Notes: a model not told the origin generated them from the letters alone. Positions 27,001-38,200 are shown, counted from the stretch's first letter. The stretch: 64,000 nucleotides of DNA from Anaerolineales bacterium (GCA_044224715.1 JBGAJV010000001.1:38186-102185), one strand, 5' to 3'. Numbers and translations are program-made.

Positions 27001-29159
27001 GCGGCAACGTCCAGACCTTTGATTACCGCTTCGGCCCGCCGACGCACGGGCGCGATCTCGAGGCCCGGATCGCGCGCAGCGGCCCGGACGAGGTCGTCGC
27101 GACCGCCCGCGACGTCACCGAACGGCGTCAAAAAGAACAACAACTGGCCGATGCGCTGAAACAACTCGAATCTAGCGTGCGCCAGGCAGAGGAACTCGCC
27201 GTCGAGGCCCAGTCGGCCAGCCAGGCCAAGAGCGCCTTCCTGGCCACCATGAGCCACGAGATCCGCACGCCGATGAACGCCGTGATCGGCATGACCGATC
27301 TGTTGCTCGACACGCCGCTCAACACCGAGCAGCGCGAATACATCGACACGATCCGGGTCAGCGGCGAGAGTCTGTTGACCATCATCAACGACATCCTCGA
27401 CTTCTCGAAGATCGAGAGTGGTCGGCTCGAGCTCGAGGCGATCCCGGTCGATACGCGCAAAGTCGTCGAGGAAAGCCTCGACCTCGTCGCCGGGCGCGCC
27501 GCGGAGAAACATCTCGATCTCGTTTACCTGATCGACGACAGCGTCCCAGTCAGCCTGTTGGGCGATGCCCATCGGCTGCGCCAGGTGCTTGTGAACCTGC
27601 TCAGCAATGCCGTGAAGTTCACGGAGAGCGGCGAGATTTCGGTCAGCGCCAGAGCCGAACCGATCACGGACAGGCCCGGCTGGCACGAGGTGCGCGTGGC
27701 CGTGCGCGACACCGGCATCGGGATCGCGCCGGACAAGGTCGTCCGGCTCTTCCAGCCGTTCGCGCAGGCCGACTCGTCGACCACGCGCGAATTCGGCGGC
27801 ACCGGCCTCGGTCTGGCCATCAGCAGCCGCCTTGCGGCGTTGATGGGCGGCCGTATGTGGGTCGAGAGCACGCCGGGCCAGGGCTCGACGTTCTACTTTT
27901 CGATCCAGGCACAGAACGCACCCAGCGTTCAGCACGTTTACTTGTCTGGCGCCCCGTTGGAGTTGAGCGGCCGGCGCGTGCTGATCGTCGACGACACGGT
28001 CACCAATCGCGCCGTGATCGAAGCGCACTGCCGCCGCTGGGGGATGGCCCCGACGACGGCCGCCTCCGGCGCCGAGACGCACGACCTGCTGAACCACGGT
28101 CTGCAGTTCGACCTGGCCGTGCTGGACTATCTGCTGCCCGACACCAACGGCAGCGACCTGGCGAACGAGATCCGCGAACGCCGACCCGGCCTGCCGCTGA
28201 TCCTGCTCAGTTCGCTGGGGCGCCGTGACGCCGAGCCGGTGTTCGCGGTGAGCCTGAGCAAGCCGGTCAAGACCGGACAGTTGTACGAAGCGCTGCGGCA
28301 GACGCTCAACCAGAGCGCCCGTGCCGACGCCGGCGGGGCCCTCGGAGTTCGGCCCGAACTGCCGCGGCAGAGCCTCAAGATCCTGCTGGCAGAGGACAAC
28401 CCCGTCAATCAGCGCGTGGCGCTGCTCATGCTCGAGCGGCTCGGCTACACGGCCGACGTCGCGCAGAACGGCATGGACGCGCTGCAGGCGTTGTATCAGC
28501 ACACCTACGATCTGGTGCTGCTCGACGTGCAGATGCCCGAGATGGACGGGCTCGAGACGGCGCGGCGCATCTGCGAGCGCTGGCCGGAAGGCAAGCGACC
28601 GCGCATGGTGGCCATGACGGCCAACGCCATGCAGGGCGACCGCGAGGCCTGTCTGGCGGCCGGGATGAACGACTATATGGCGAAGCCGATTCGCCGCGAG
28701 GAGTTGAGCCGCGTGTTGGAAGATGCCCGCAAACGCCTGCTTGGGGATGCGCCCGCAGCGAACGTCACGACGCCCGTGGACATCGCGGTCGAAGGTGCTG
28801 TCATCGACTTGAGCACGTTACGCGACGCGCTGAGCCTTTCCGAGGAGATGACCGAGACGGAACGCGACACCCTGCGCTCGGTCCTGGAGATGTACCAGGA
28901 GGACTCGGTGAAGTTGTATCAGCAGGCGCTTGAGGCCCAGCGCGTGAATGACTCCCCCACCCTGGTGCGCGCACTGCATACGCTCAAGAGCAGCAGCGCC
29001 ATGCTGGGTTCGCGTGTGCTGGCGCGCCAGTGCGGCGAATTCGAGCGGCGAGCAAAGCAGGGCTCCGTCACGGACGGCGAGGAACTGCTTGTGGCGATCG
29101 AACACCAGCTGCAGGTCACGCGAACGGCCGTCAGCGCGCAGATCACGGTGCGCTGGTGA
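24093..29159 (+). CDS. Giant hybrid sensor histidine kinase: multiple PAS/GAF modules - HisKA - HATPase - REC - REC - HPt
   Basis: H-box [20 protein letters not shown]2 box [37 protein letters not shown]1 is [12 protein letters not shown]...[16 protein letters not shown]2 is [12 protein letters not shown]...[13 protein letters not shown]. HPt motif is [12 protein letters not shown]. Start is TTG 24093 or ATG 24117. Confidence 0.9.
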   Translation: MSKGAQSTMTVSSRPAQSDRTRFVEVLTTHEPVASDGPTRPEVSADSEAARRVLERMRDFVFEFDDQQRLVWMNGAARCAVGFEPDAPLGQNLLALIHPDDIGRAQQVIDDATRTGEVDGPATLRLACIGNGYRWIEANATLQRGPEGSIIGALVIARDIEDRQQQARQLQQHMIETQALNRLLTGASALSTPPAILQLICDVIGTAIPDATLLGALTDVERLVNTVVAVHDPETGSERTSPLARQLSVSLLMAECGPRLMAGETVTVSVDLAQRIFAQLWAEPPADITGSTILCTPIMGPLAPHAMLLLTVPGQRELQDREIDLTTGLGRAVSPILERALVHREAAWSEERYRALTAMVSDIAFEMRLFEGKPHMIWWAGPVQQMMGASPQEICDLQTWLARSHPDDHPIVRAIAPRVAQGQTFDFEARIRNAQEQLRWVRIWIRPSKSTTGEVVGFYGLARDITERQEQSQQVQDLLTETQALNRVLEQAGAQRDPDKILDIACQELKGLVGAATVAGALIDLDTGTARVVTEHRDPGGPTLLGMERPIDRPDSWPFVSTPETNAVHLDPIEMAPWPELAPDGAALLRQAMAPLVGRYGQIGAILMLDYRQDPFAPTTLERADRFAHAVAPHIENARLQIEIETSRRRYRMLSEMASDLAFELQSINGTPQVVWSNGPWSLLLGTNDPESLTDLNGLMSNCHPDERAFLAEIDPTLRRSGRWQGEFRVAAGDDTWRWVSAQVQAFQDPECPKIHGIRMVVHDIDSRRRQERALADAHAATQALLSTIPDSILHIRRDGTFGPGCVLDPETEALIGVSADELTGKSLRRYVGGNAQSFRELLRFAVNVLRTGRSESIDFLLHGQDYEGRAARSGPDELVAVIRNVSGRKRRERALVESENRNRALIEAIPDAIFRMSADGHLLDFKPDINSRYGQQIQPHIGQHVSSDVGMPLETQGRLLMAIRAALASGNVQTFDYRFGPPTHGRDLEARIARSGPDEVVATARDVTERRQKEQQLADALKQLESSVRQAEELAVEAQSASQAKSAFLATMSHEIRTPMNAVIGMTDLLLDTPLNTEQREYIDTIRVSGESLLTIINDILDFSKIESGRLELEAIPVDTRKVVEESLDLVAGRAAEKHLDLVYLIDDSVPVSLLGDAHRLRQVLVNLLSNAVKFTESGEISVSARAEPITDRPGWHEVRVAVRDTGIGIAPDKVVRLFQPFAQADSSTTREFGGTGLGLAISSRLAALMGGRMWVESTPGQGSTFYFSIQAQNAPSVQHVYLSGAPLELSGRRVLIVDDTVTNRAVIEAHCRRWGMAPTTAASGAETHDLLNHGLQFDLAVLDYLLPDTNGSDLANEIRERRPGLPLILLSSLGRRDAEPVFAVSLSKPVKTGQLYEALRQTLNQSARADAGGALGVRPELPRQSLKILLAEDNPVNQRVALLMLERLGYTADVAQNGMDALQALYQHTYDLVLLDVQMPEMDGLETARRICERWPEGKRPRMVAMTANAMQGDREACLAAGMNDYMAKPIRREELSRVLEDARKRLLGDAPAANVTTPVDIAVEGAVIDLSTLRDALSLSEEMTETERDTLRSVLEMYQEDSVKLYQQALEAQRVNDSPTLVRALHTLKSSSAMLGSRVLARQCGEFERRAKQGSVTDGEELLVAIEHQLQVTRTAVSAQITVRW

Positions 29160-29196
29160 CCAGCCGCCTCGCTTCGTTTGAGTGAGCCGCCGCAGC

Positions 29197-30561
29197 TCAG
29201 GCGCCGATCTTGGGCAGATCGGCCATGGCCGCCGCCACCATCTCGGCCGGATAGCTGTAATCCTGCAGCTTGCCGTTGAGATAGTCCGCGTAGGCGGTCA
29301 TGTCGAAGTGACCGTGGCCCGAAAGGTTGAAGACGATGACGCGCTTGGCGCCTTCGCGCTTCGCCTCGAGGGCTTCTTCGATCGCCACGCGAATCGCATG
29401 GCTTGACTCGGGCGCGGGGATGATCCCCTCGGCGCGGGCGAACATGAGCCCAGCCTCAAAGGTCGCCAGCTGGCCGACGGCCTTGGCCTCGATGTCGCCG
29501 TGATCGACGAGCGCGCTGACCGACGGGGCCATGCCGTGATAGCGCAGACCGCCGGCGTGGATGCCGGGCGGCATGAACCCGTGGCCGAGCGTGTGCATTT
29601 TGACGATCGGCGCCGACTTGGCGGTGTCGCCGTAGTCGAACGTGTAGGTGCCCTGGGTCAACGACGGGCACGAGGCCGGCTCTGCGGCGACGATGCGCGC
29701 GCGCTTGCCGTTCTTGAGGTTCTCGCGCACGAACGGGAACGCGAAGCCCGCGAAGTTCGAGCCACCGCCGGCGCACCCGATGACGACGTCGGGATACTCG
29801 CCGGCGAGTTCCATCTGCTGGAGGGCTTCCTGACCGATCACGGTCTGGTGCATGAGCACGTGCCCGAGCACCGAGCCGAGCGAGTACTTCTTGGCGCCGC
29901 CCGACGACGCCGCGGCCTCGACGGCCTCTGAGATGGCGATCCCAAGCGAGCCCTGATTGTCGGGGTTCTCGGCCAGCAGCGAACGGCCGTAATGCGTGTT
30001 CTCCGACGGGCTGGCGTAGACCTTCGCGCCAAAGCTCTCCATGATGATGCGGCGGTACGGCTTCTGGTTGTAGCTGACCTTGACCTGGTAGACCTCGAGA
30101 TCGATCCCGAACATGTTACAGGCCATGGCCAGCGCGCTGCCCCACTGGCCCGCGCCGGTCTCGGTGGTCAGGGCTTTTGTGCCGGCCTCTTTGTTGTACC
30201 AGGCCTGCGGCACGGCGGTGTTGGGCTTGTGCGACCCGACCGGGCTGACGCTTTCGTTCTTGAAGTAGATGTGCGCGGGCGTGTCGAGCATCTGCTCGAG
30301 CCGCACGGCGCGAATGAGCGGCGTCGGCCGCCACAGTCGGTAGACCTCGCGGATCGGCTCGGGGATCTCGATATAGCGCTCGGTGCTGACCTCCTGCATG
30401 ATCAGGCTCATCGGGAACAACACCGACAGGAAATCCGGCGTGACGGGCTCGAGCGTGCCCGGGTGTAGCACCGGCGTCGGCGGCACGGGCATGTCGGCGT
30501 TGATGTTGTACCAGGCTTTGGGAAGTTGGCTTTCGTCGAGCAGGAATTTGTGTTGCGACAT
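29197..30561 (-). CDS. trpB2: TrpB2-type (stand-alone) tryptophan synthase beta-like PLP enzyme
   Basis: N-terminus [21 protein letters not shown]...TPLIRA, the PLP-lysine context [11 protein letters not shown], and length 454 aa are all characteristic of the TrpB2 clade. No trpA is adjacent. Confidence 0.9.
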   Translation of the reverse strand: MSQHKFLLDESQLPKAWYNINADMPVPPTPVLHPGTLEPVTPDFLSVLFPMSLIMQEVSTERYIEIPEPIREVYRLWRPTPLIRAVRLEQMLDTPAHIYFKNESVSPVGSHKPNTAVPQAWYNKEAGTKALTTETGAGQWGSALAMACNMFGIDLEVYQVKVSYNQKPYRRIIMESFGAKVYASPSENTHYGRSLLAENPDNQGSLGIAISEAVEAAASSGGAKKYSLGSVLGHVLMHQTVIGQEALQQMELAGEYPDVVIGCAGGGSNFAGFAFPFVRENLKNGKRARIVAAEPASCPSLTQGTYTFDYGDTAKSAPIVKMHTLGHGFMPPGIHAGGLRYHGMAPSVSALVDHGDIEAKAVGQLATFEAGLMFARAEGIIPAPESSHAIRVAIEEALEAKREGAKRVIVFNLSGHGHFDMTAYADYLNGKLQDYSYPAEMVAAAMADLPKIGA

Positions 30562-30893
30562 GAGGGCGGCTCCAGAGGCGAATTTCGGCCATTGTACAGT
30601 GGTCTACGCGAAAACGAAGGGGAGGCGCCGGGCGTGTGCCGGGCGCGTGATCACCCGATTTCGACAGGGCGTCGAGCTAACCGGATCGTTGCCGCCGTGG
30701 CAGGCATTGGGACGGATCCCCACCAAGGCTGCCTGCAGCCATCGGCGCTGATTCGCGCAATTTCGTCGCGATTCGTCGATTTCGTGGCGGCGCTTCCGCG
30801 CTACAGCACAAGGCGCGCCTGCCCTGGTCGGAATCGCGGGCAAAATCGGCCAAACGGTATAATCAGGCCAAACTGTTCGGAGGCAGAGGTCCC

Positions 30894-33095
30894 ATGACGA
30901 CGCTCAAGGCAGATGTCCTGAATGCCATCGCAGGCGGGTACCACGGCGCTCCATTCGACGTATTGGGGATGCACCCGGCCGCCGAGCCACACAAGGGGCT
31001 GGTCATCCGGACGTTTCAGCCCCACGTGGCGAGCATCGACCTCGTCGTTGGCGGCGGTCGAACGCCGCTCGAGCGCGTCCACGCCGACGGCATTTACGAG
31101 GGCGTGCTCTCCGACGTCGCGGAATTCCCCACGTATCAATTGGCGTTACAGCATCACGACGGCACCGAAGAAGTCATCGAGGACCCGTACCGCTTCGGAC
31201 CGGTGTTGAGCGAGACCGATCTGTACCTGTTCAACGAAGGCACGTTGCTCCGCGCCTATCAGAAGGTCGGCGCCCACCTGCTCACCCACCAGGATGTCGC
31301 GGGGTGTTGCTTCGTCGTTTGGGCACCCGCCGCCGAGCGGGTCAGCGTCGTCGGCGATTTCAACCAGTGGGACGGCCGACGACACGTGATGCGTCCACGC
31401 GGCGCAAGCGGGCTCTGGGAGATCTTCCTGCCCGGCCTCGGAGAGGGTACGGTCTATAAGTTCGAAGTCAAGAGCCGGGTTCACGGTTACCAGGCCAATA
31501 AAGCCGACCCTTACGCGTTCGCGGCCGAACGCCGCCCCAACACGGCCTCGGTCGTGCACGACCTCGGGCACTATACCTGGGGCGACGCGACCTGGATGAC
31601 GGATCGCAAACAGCGTCAGGAACTCGCCGCGCCGGTCGCCGTATACGAGGTCCATCTCGGCTCCTGGCGGCGCAAGCCGGACGGCGGTTTCCTCAGCTAC
31701 CTCGAGCTCGCCGACAGCCTGATCCCGTACGTCAAGGACCTCGGCTACACGCACATCGAGTTGTTGCCGATCGCCGAGCACCCGTACGATGGCTCGTGGG
31801 GCTACCAGGTCACGGGCTACTACGCGCCCACGGCCCGCTACGGCACCCCCGATGAATTCCGGACCTTCGTCGATCGCTGCCACCAGGCCGGGTTGGGCGT
31901 CATCGTCGACTGGGTGCCCGCCCATTTCCCCAAGGACGAACACGGCCTTGGCTACTTCGACGGCACGCATCTGTACGAGCACGCGGACCCGCGCCAGGGC
32001 GAGCACCGCGATTGGGGCACGCTCATCTTCAACTTCGGCCGCAACGAAGTGCGCAACTTCCTGCTGTCGAACGCGCTCTTCTGGCTGGACGAGTACCACA
32101 TCGACGGTCTGCGGGTCGACGCCGTCGCCTCTATGCTCTACCTCGATTACTCGCGCGAATCGGGCGAGTGGATCCCGAACAAGTTCGGCGGCCGCGAGAA
32201 CCTCGAGGCCGTCGACTTCCTCAAACGCTTCAACGAACTCGTGCATCAGGAACACCCCGATGTGCTCACGTTCGCCGAGGAGAGCACGGCCTGGCCGATG
32301 GTGTCGCGGCCGGTCTACCTCGGCGGGCTGGGGTTCGACCTGAAGTGGAACATGGGCTGGATGCACGACATCCTCGAGTACATCCAGAAGGACCCGGTCT
32401 ACCGCCGGTATCACCACAGCGGCCTGACCTTTTCGCTCATCTACGCCTTCACCGAGAACTTCATCCTCCCCTTCTCGCACGACGAGGTGGTGCACGGCAA
32501 GCGCTCGCTGTTGCACAAGATGCCGGGCGACGACTGGCAGCGCTTCGCCAACCTGCGCGCGCTCTACGCGTTCATGTACGCGCACCCGGGCAAGAAGCTG
32601 TTGTTCATGGGCGGCGAGTTCGGGCAGTTCAACGAGTGGAACGCGCAGACCGGCCTCGACTGGCACTGGTTGGAGCGCGAGTTCAATTCCAAGCTCCTGG
32701 CGTTCGTTCGAGATCTCAACAAGGTGTACGTGGCCGAAGCCGCCCTGCACCAGGTCGACTTCAGCTGGGAGGGTTTCGAGTGGGTCGACTTCCGCGATGT
32801 CGACAACAGCATCGTCTCGTTCATCCGGCGCGCCAAGGACAAGAACGACGCCCTCGTGGTCGCCGCCAACCTCACGCCCGTGCCGCACCAAGGCTATCGG
32901 ATCGGCGTGCCGCTGCCGGGGTACTACCGCGAGATCCTTAACAGCGATTCGGTCCATTATGGCGGGAGCAACCTCGGCAATTCGGGCGGGCTGCCCGCTG
33001 AGGCGCTGGCCTGGCAGAACCAACCGTACTCGGTGCAGATCACGATCCCGCCTTTGGGGGTTGTGTACCTCAAACCGACCGGAACGACGTCGTAA
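30894..33095 (+). CDS. glgB: 1,4-alpha-glucan branching enzyme
   Basis: GH13 blocks [27 protein letters not shown] and [21 protein letters not shown], with TATAAT at 30858-30863 upstream. Confidence 0.95.
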   Translation: MTTLKADVLNAIAGGYHGAPFDVLGMHPAAEPHKGLVIRTFQPHVASIDLVVGGGRTPLERVHADGIYEGVLSDVAEFPTYQLALQHHDGTEEVIEDPYRFGPVLSETDLYLFNEGTLLRAYQKVGAHLLTHQDVAGCCFVVWAPAAERVSVVGDFNQWDGRRHVMRPRGASGLWEIFLPGLGEGTVYKFEVKSRVHGYQANKADPYAFAAERRPNTASVVHDLGHYTWGDATWMTDRKQRQELAAPVAVYEVHLGSWRRKPDGGFLSYLELADSLIPYVKDLGYTHIELLPIAEHPYDGSWGYQVTGYYAPTARYGTPDEFRTFVDRCHQAGLGVIVDWVPAHFPKDEHGLGYFDGTHLYEHADPRQGEHRDWGTLIFNFGRNEVRNFLLSNALFWLDEYHIDGLRVDAVASMLYLDYSRESGEWIPNKFGGRENLEAVDFLKRFNELVHQEHPDVLTFAEESTAWPMVSRPVYLGGLGFDLKWNMGWMHDILEYIQKDPVYRRYHHSGLTFSLIYAFTENFILPFSHDEVVHGKRSLLHKMPGDDWQRFANLRALYAFMYAHPGKKLLFMGGEFGQFNEWNAQTGLDWHWLEREFNSKLLAFVRDLNKVYVAEAALHQVDFSWEGFEWVDFRDVDNSIVSFIRRAKDKNDALVVAANLTPVPHQGYRIGVPLPGYYREILNSDSVHYGGSNLGNSGGLPAEALAWQNQPYSVQITIPPLGVVYLKPTGTTS

Positions 33096-33116
33096 CTAGG
33101 ATCGGCTGAACCGGGC

Positions 33117-34238
33117 ATGTCGCGCGTCGCGTCGTTCACCAACCTCGCCGAGTCGCAGAGCCGCGAGCGGTTTTATTCGGTTGTCCACGACCTGCTGTAC
33201 GTGGGGTTGTTCGTCCACGCCATCCTGATCCCGGTGTTCTTTACGCTGGGCGTCACGACGCTGGCGTTCACCAATATCGTCAGCGTCGCGCTCTACCTGG
33301 GCGGTATCAGCATCGGTCGGCGCGCGCAAACCGACATCGCCTTCGCCCTCGGCGCGATCGAAATCCTCGGGCACTCGGCGTTGGCGGTGCTCAACCTCGG
33401 CTGGCAGGGCGGCTTCCAGTATTACATCTTTCTCGTCGCGATCCTCGTCTTCCTGCATCCCTCGGAGCGGACCAGCCTCAAGGCGCTCGCGGCCGCGCTC
33501 GTGTATCTGCTCTTCGTCAGCTTGAGCTACCAGGCTCAGGTCACGGCGCCGCTTACCCCGGTCGCAGCCGAGGTCCTGCGCGTGTTCGAGGCCTTCAACG
33601 TCTCCACGTTCTTCTTCCTGATCGTGTTCCTGGCGTTCCTCTATCACAAGGCCGCGGGGCGGGCCGAGGCGAAGCTGCAGTCGGCCAACCAGACGCTCGA
33701 CCGCCTGGCGCGGCTCGACGAACTGACCGGGCTCGCCAACCGGCGCGCCATGATCGCAGCGCTCGATCAGGCCGTGCGCGACTTTGCCGTCGATAGCCGG
33801 GTCTTTTCGGTCGTGATCTGCGACGTCGACGGGTTCAAACTGATCAACGACCAGTTCGGGCACACGCTGGGCGATGAGGCGCTCCGCCGAACCGCCGAGG
33901 TGCTGCGCGCCGCCGTGCGCGAGCAGGATCTTGTCGCGCGGTGGGGCGGCGAGGAATTTCTGATGCTGCTCCCGGCCACCGACATCGCGGCCGCCGAGCA
34001 TGTGGCCGAACGCGTGCGACGACAGATCCTGGCCGCGGAGGTCAGGGTCGCCCACGCCTCGCCGGTCCTGACGTTGACGTTCGGCGTCGCCGCCCACACC
34101 GTCGGCGCCACCATCGAAGAAACCGTCGCCTCCGCGGATCGCGCCCTCTACGCCGGCAAGAGCACCGGAAAAAACCGGGTCGTGCGGGCGGACAGCGCGA
34201 GCGTTACCGCGGTCCCCGTGTCATCACCGGCCGATTGA
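33117..34238 (+). CDS. Membrane-bound diguanylate cyclase (GGDEF)
   Basis: About 5-6 N-terminal TM segments. DELTGLANRR, the active site RWGGEEFLMLL, and C-terminal ALYAGKSTGKNRV. Confidence 0.85.
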   Translation: MSRVASFTNLAESQSRERFYSVVHDLLYVGLFVHAILIPVFFTLGVTTLAFTNIVSVALYLGGISIGRRAQTDIAFALGAIEILGHSALAVLNLGWQGGFQYYIFLVAILVFLHPSERTSLKALAAALVYLLFVSLSYQAQVTAPLTPVAAEVLRVFEAFNVSTFFFLIVFLAFLYHKAAGRAEAKLQSANQTLDRLARLDELTGLANRRAMIAALDQAVRDFAVDSRVFSVVICDVDGFKLINDQFGHTLGDEALRRTAEVLRAAVREQDLVARWGGEEFLMLLPATDIAAAEHVAERVRRQILAAEVRVAHASPVLTLTFGVAAHTVGATIEETVASADRALYAGKSTGKNRVVRADSASVTAVPVSSPAD

Positions 34239-36218
34239 CGGCAACCAGATCTTTCGCACAACCGGCGTGGCGGTCGCGGTTGGCGTCCGCGACGGGGTCG
34301 CCGTGATGGTCGCGCTGGGCGTCGCGGTCGGCGTTCGCGTCGGCGTCGGCGTGACGGTGGGCGTCGCAGTGGCCGGTTGGGTCGCCGTGGCGGTCGGCGT
34401 CGTTGTCGGGATCCCGTACATGATCGCGGCCAATGGCACGCGCCGGATCACGAACGGGTTGTCGTTCACGGCCCAGAGCGGGCCGGCCGGTGCGCCGCCG
34501 TAGACGCAGACGCCGTTCGAGGGCGGGTTTGCCGGAAAAGCGTCGGCCACGGCGCCCGTGCAGGCCCCGGCGCCGCTGCCTTCGTCCAACCGAAAGTGCG
34601 CGACCACCGCGTTGTCGAGCGGCAGCCGCCCCACCGGTGTAAACGTCGACGCGTAGCGCAGCGTGTTCGAGAATCGTACTTCGTCGAGCCAGCCCGTGAA
34701 CGACGGCTTGAGCGCAGGATCTGAATCGATCTTGCGCCCACCGATCACGAGGTACGGGTCCACGGCCGCGCCGACCCGCCCGTCGAGATAGCTGACGTCG
34801 CCGTCGGGTCCGTCGACTTCGGCGTCGAGCCGGCCATCCACCCAGATGCGCAACCAGCCATCGCTGCGTCGGCGTGTGACCGCGACATGGTGCCAGACGC
34901 CGTTGGCCACGTTTGTCGCGCCGCACAACGTCGTGCCGACAAAGCCGTTGTTGATGCCGAAGGCGACGCGTCCGCCGGCGAGCGCCAGACCGTAGTCCCC
35001 GTTCTGCGCGGCGCCGACGATGTCGCGGTCGAGCACCACACTGCCCTTGATCCACCCATCGTTGACGTTGCAGGTGTTGGCGGGCGTGCGGGTGGCGTCG
35101 AACGCCATGTTGTCGCCGGGCAGCGCCTTCAGCCAGAACTCGAGCGTGAAGTCGGCGGCGCCGACGTCGGCGCCACGCACTCCTGTGTCGATCGGCACCT
35201 GCACCCGCCCGGTGCTGGCGAACGCGCTGCCGTTGAACCAGAGTACGTAGTTGGATTGATAGAAGTTCACGCGCGTGCCCGTGTACGCGCCGGTCAGGAT
35301 TTGATCGAAGGTCTGGCCGGCGTCGGCCAGGCTCTTCGAGTCCCATTGCCCAAGGCAGTTGCCGGTCAGACCGGCGTCGGCGCACTGCGTGGCATAGGCC
35401 CGGTAGTACGTGGGGAAGATCTTGCCGTCGCGGGTCAGCCGCCAGTAGTACATATCGTCGACGGCGGCGTTGGAGCTGGCGTAGGCGATCGCGGGGTTGT
35501 ACACCTGGTCACAGGTGCTGTCGTAGACGTCGGCGTCCGGCCACTTGCCGCCGCGCGCGATCATGTACCAGGCGTACATCTTGACGGCGATCGCGCCGGC
35601 GCGCAGCGACTCGCGGTTCCAGCTGGCGCCCCACTCGTTCGGCAGCACGTTCTTCAGATATTGGCGGAAGTCGATGGTCTGAACCGTGTACGGTCGCGAG
35701 GTGTCGCAATACGGGCTGCCGGTCACGCGCACCCGGATCTGCTGCGGCACGCCCCACTGCGTCTGATCGACGTAGCCCGGCGGCAGATCGAGCGCGGCAT
35801 CGAGGTCCTCGCGCGTCAGGGCGCCGCGCTCGGCCGAAGGCCGCGGGGCGTCTTGCGTGATCGATTGCGGCCCAAGCGCCGCGGTGAGGATCAGGGTGTC
35901 GCCGGCGAGCGCGCGGACGCCGCGCAAAGTCCAGGCGCCGAAACCGGCCGCCGTGACGGTCACGGTCATCGGCCACTCGGGTTCGGGCAGGGTCAACGTC
36001 GCGGCGCGACGACCCAAGGCGTCGACCGCGCCCGAGAGGTCGCCCGGGCCCGACACGGTCGCGCCCGACAGCGGCCGGCCCGTCGTGCCGTTCACAACCG
36101 TGATCTCGACGCGGCCGGAGAGGGGCTCGGCTGCCTGGCCCGCCTGCACTGGCGCGACCAGCCACAACGCCAGCAGAAATGCCGTTTGAAGTTGTCGCCA
36201 AACGTGTCGGGTCTGCAT
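34224..36218 (-). CDS. Secreted multidomain protein: carboxypeptidase-regulatory-like domain - SpoIID/LytB-like domain - LamG/concanavalin-like domain - PT-rich linker - short C-terminal tail
   Basis: Signal peptide ...LLALWLVAPVQAGQAA. SpoIID-like ESLRAGAIAVKMYAWYMI...DSTCDQVYNP. LamG-like FTLEFWLKA...NGVWHHVAVTRRRSDGWLRIWVDGRL. The C-terminus is TPTATPSATITATPSRTPTATATPVVRKIWLPSIGR. Confidence 0.8.
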   Translation of the reverse strand: MQTRHVWRQLQTAFLLALWLVAPVQAGQAAEPLSGRVEITVVNGTTGRPLSGATVSGPGDLSGAVDALGRRAATLTLPEPEWPMTVTVTAAGFGAWTLRGVRALAGDTLILTAALGPQSITQDAPRPSAERGALTREDLDAALDLPPGYVDQTQWGVPQQIRVRVTGSPYCDTSRPYTVQTIDFRQYLKNVLPNEWGASWNRESLRAGAIAVKMYAWYMIARGGKWPDADVYDSTCDQVYNPAIAYASSNAAVDDMYYWRLTRDGKIFPTYYRAYATQCADAGLTGNCLGQWDSKSLADAGQTFDQILTGAYTGTRVNFYQSNYVLWFNGSAFASTGRVQVPIDTGVRGADVGAADFTLEFWLKALPGDNMAFDATRTPANTCNVNDGWIKGSVVLDRDIVGAAQNGDYGLALAGGRVAFGINNGFVGTTLCGATNVANGVWHHVAVTRRRSDGWLRIWVDGRLDAEVDGPDGDVSYLDGRVGAAVDPYLVIGGRKIDSDPALKPSFTGWLDEVRFSNTLRYASTFTPVGRLPLDNAVVAHFRLDEGSGAGACTGAVADAFPANPPSNGVCVYGGAPAGPLWAVNDNPFVIRRVPLAAIMYGIPTTTPTATATQPATATPTVTPTPTRTPTATPSATITATPSRTPTATATPVVRKIWLPSIGR

Positions 36219-36250
36219 CAGCCTCCTTGCTCATGCCCCCTGCCGGCGTT

Positions 36251-36811
36251 TCAGCCGGCCCGCTCGTAGAACACCAGCAACGTGTTGCCGTACTTGCGCT
36301 CCGAGACGGGCGTCAGGTTCTTGAGCGTCAGCGCCTGCGCCTCGGACGGATCGATCTGGGCGCACACCCAGCCGTCGGGGTTGACCCAATCGGGCGCGGC
36401 GTCGAGCGCCTCAAGCGCCGCGACCCACAATGATTTGTATTGCGGCGGCGCGACGTGGATGTAGTCGAAGCCTTCGGTCGGCGGGCGCCGGAGATGGGCA
36501 AAGACATCGGTTCGCGCGACCTTTGCGCGCTCCGCCAGACGCGTGGTCGCCAGGTTCTCGCGAATGACCTCGGCCGCGCCGCGGTCCGCCTCGACGAATT
36601 CGGCGTAGGCCGCGCCGCGGCTGAGTGCCTCGATGCCGACCGAACCCGTGCCGGCGAACAGGTCGAGCACGCGCGCGCCGACGACGTCCTCGCCGAGGAT
36701 GTTGAAGAGCGCCTGCTTGACCCGATCCATGATCGGCCGGGTCCCATCGCCGGGCACCATTTTGAGCCGGCGCCCCTTGGCGACGCCCGAGATCACGCGA
36801 ATGCCTGCCAT
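36251..36811 (-). CDS. rsmD: 16S rRNA (guanine966-N2)-methyltransferase RsmD
   Basis: True start is ATG 36811 (MAGIRVISGVAKGRRLKMVPGDGTRPIMDRVKQALFNIL). SAM motif LDLFAGTGSVGIEALSRGA. Motif IV reads VAPPQY. The upstream codons of track ORF 36251-36874 are a translated hairpin. Confidence 0.85.
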   Translation of the reverse strand: MAGIRVISGVAKGRRLKMVPGDGTRPIMDRVKQALFNILGEDVVGARVLDLFAGTGSVGIEALSRGAAYAEFVEADRGAAEVIRENLATTRLAERAKVARTDVFAHLRRPPTEGFDYIHVAPPQYKSLWVAALEALDAAPDWVNPDGWVCAQIDPSEAQALTLKNLTPVSERKYGNTLLVFYERAG

Positions 36812-36840
36812 ATCGTTCTTTCGTCCCGCCGACAAACGCG

Positions 36841-36882
36841 CGGAGGGCATGGCGAAGGCGCACCCCTTCGCCATGCCCTCCG
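36841..36882. terminator. Perfect 18-bp-stem hairpin between the TPR gene and rsmD
   Basis: CGGAGGGCATGGCGAAGG-cgcacc-CCTTCGCCATGCCCTCCG, read directly. No obvious U-tract. Confidence 0.5.
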
Positions 36883-36913
36883 TCGTGGTGTCGATCGCAA
36901 GGTCGCCAGGTAG

Positions 36914-37282
36914 TTACTTCGCCGACAGGTTCCAGTTGCCGTTCCGCAGGTCGCCGAGCTGACCGGCGATCAGTTTGCTCAGCATCTTGTGGCGGTCATG
37001 GTTGTCGATCTTCTCGGCCAGAGCCGCGGCCGTCTCGAAGGCCTGGATTGCCGCCGCCGGAGAGCCCGCCATCTTGTGCGCCAACCCGAGCCCGTAGTGC
37101 GCTTCGATGTGGTCGCCGTTCAGGCGCAGGGCCGATCCGAACGCCTGGATCGCCTCGTTGTACTGGTGTTGGCCGTAGTAGGCCCACCCGAGGCCGGCCT
37201 GCACGTCGGCGTCGTTGGGGCTGGCGCTGGCCTCGGCCTGATACTTCGGCAGCGGATTGGCGACCTTTGACAGTTCGGGCAT
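36914..37282 (-). CDS. Small tetratricopeptide-repeat protein
   Basis: Two or three TPR-like units (AGLGWAYYGQHQYNEAIQAFGSALRLNGDHIEAHYGLGLAHKMAGSPAAAIQAFETA). GGAGAG SD. Confidence 0.7.
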   Translation of the reverse strand: MPELSKVANPLPKYQAEASASPNDADVQAGLGWAYYGQHQYNEAIQAFGSALRLNGDHIEAHYGLGLAHKMAGSPAAAIQAFETAAALAEKIDNHDRHKMLSKLIAGQLGDLRNGNWNLSAK

Positions 37283-37306
37283 GACGCGTCTCTCCGAGTT
37301 CTTGTA

Positions 37307-37333
37307 GCGTCGCCCGGCGAACCGGCGCGACGC
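37307..37333 (-). terminator. GC hairpin just downstream of sucD (GCGTCGC-CCGG-cgaa-CCGG-c-GCGACGC)
   Basis: Inverted repeat read directly, 7 nt after the sucD stop. No U-tract. Confidence 0.4.
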
Positions 37334-37339
37334 GCGACG

Positions 37340-38196
<857 letters not shown>

Positions 38197-38200
<4 letters not shown>

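Noticed and set aside
34240-34420. Low-complexity GTCGCG/GGCGTC-rich stretch that looks like a microsatellite
   Set aside because: It is the coding sequence of the Pro/Thr/Ala linker of the SpoIID/LamG protein on the minus strand. The plus-strand ORFs here (34267-34503 and others) are shadows.
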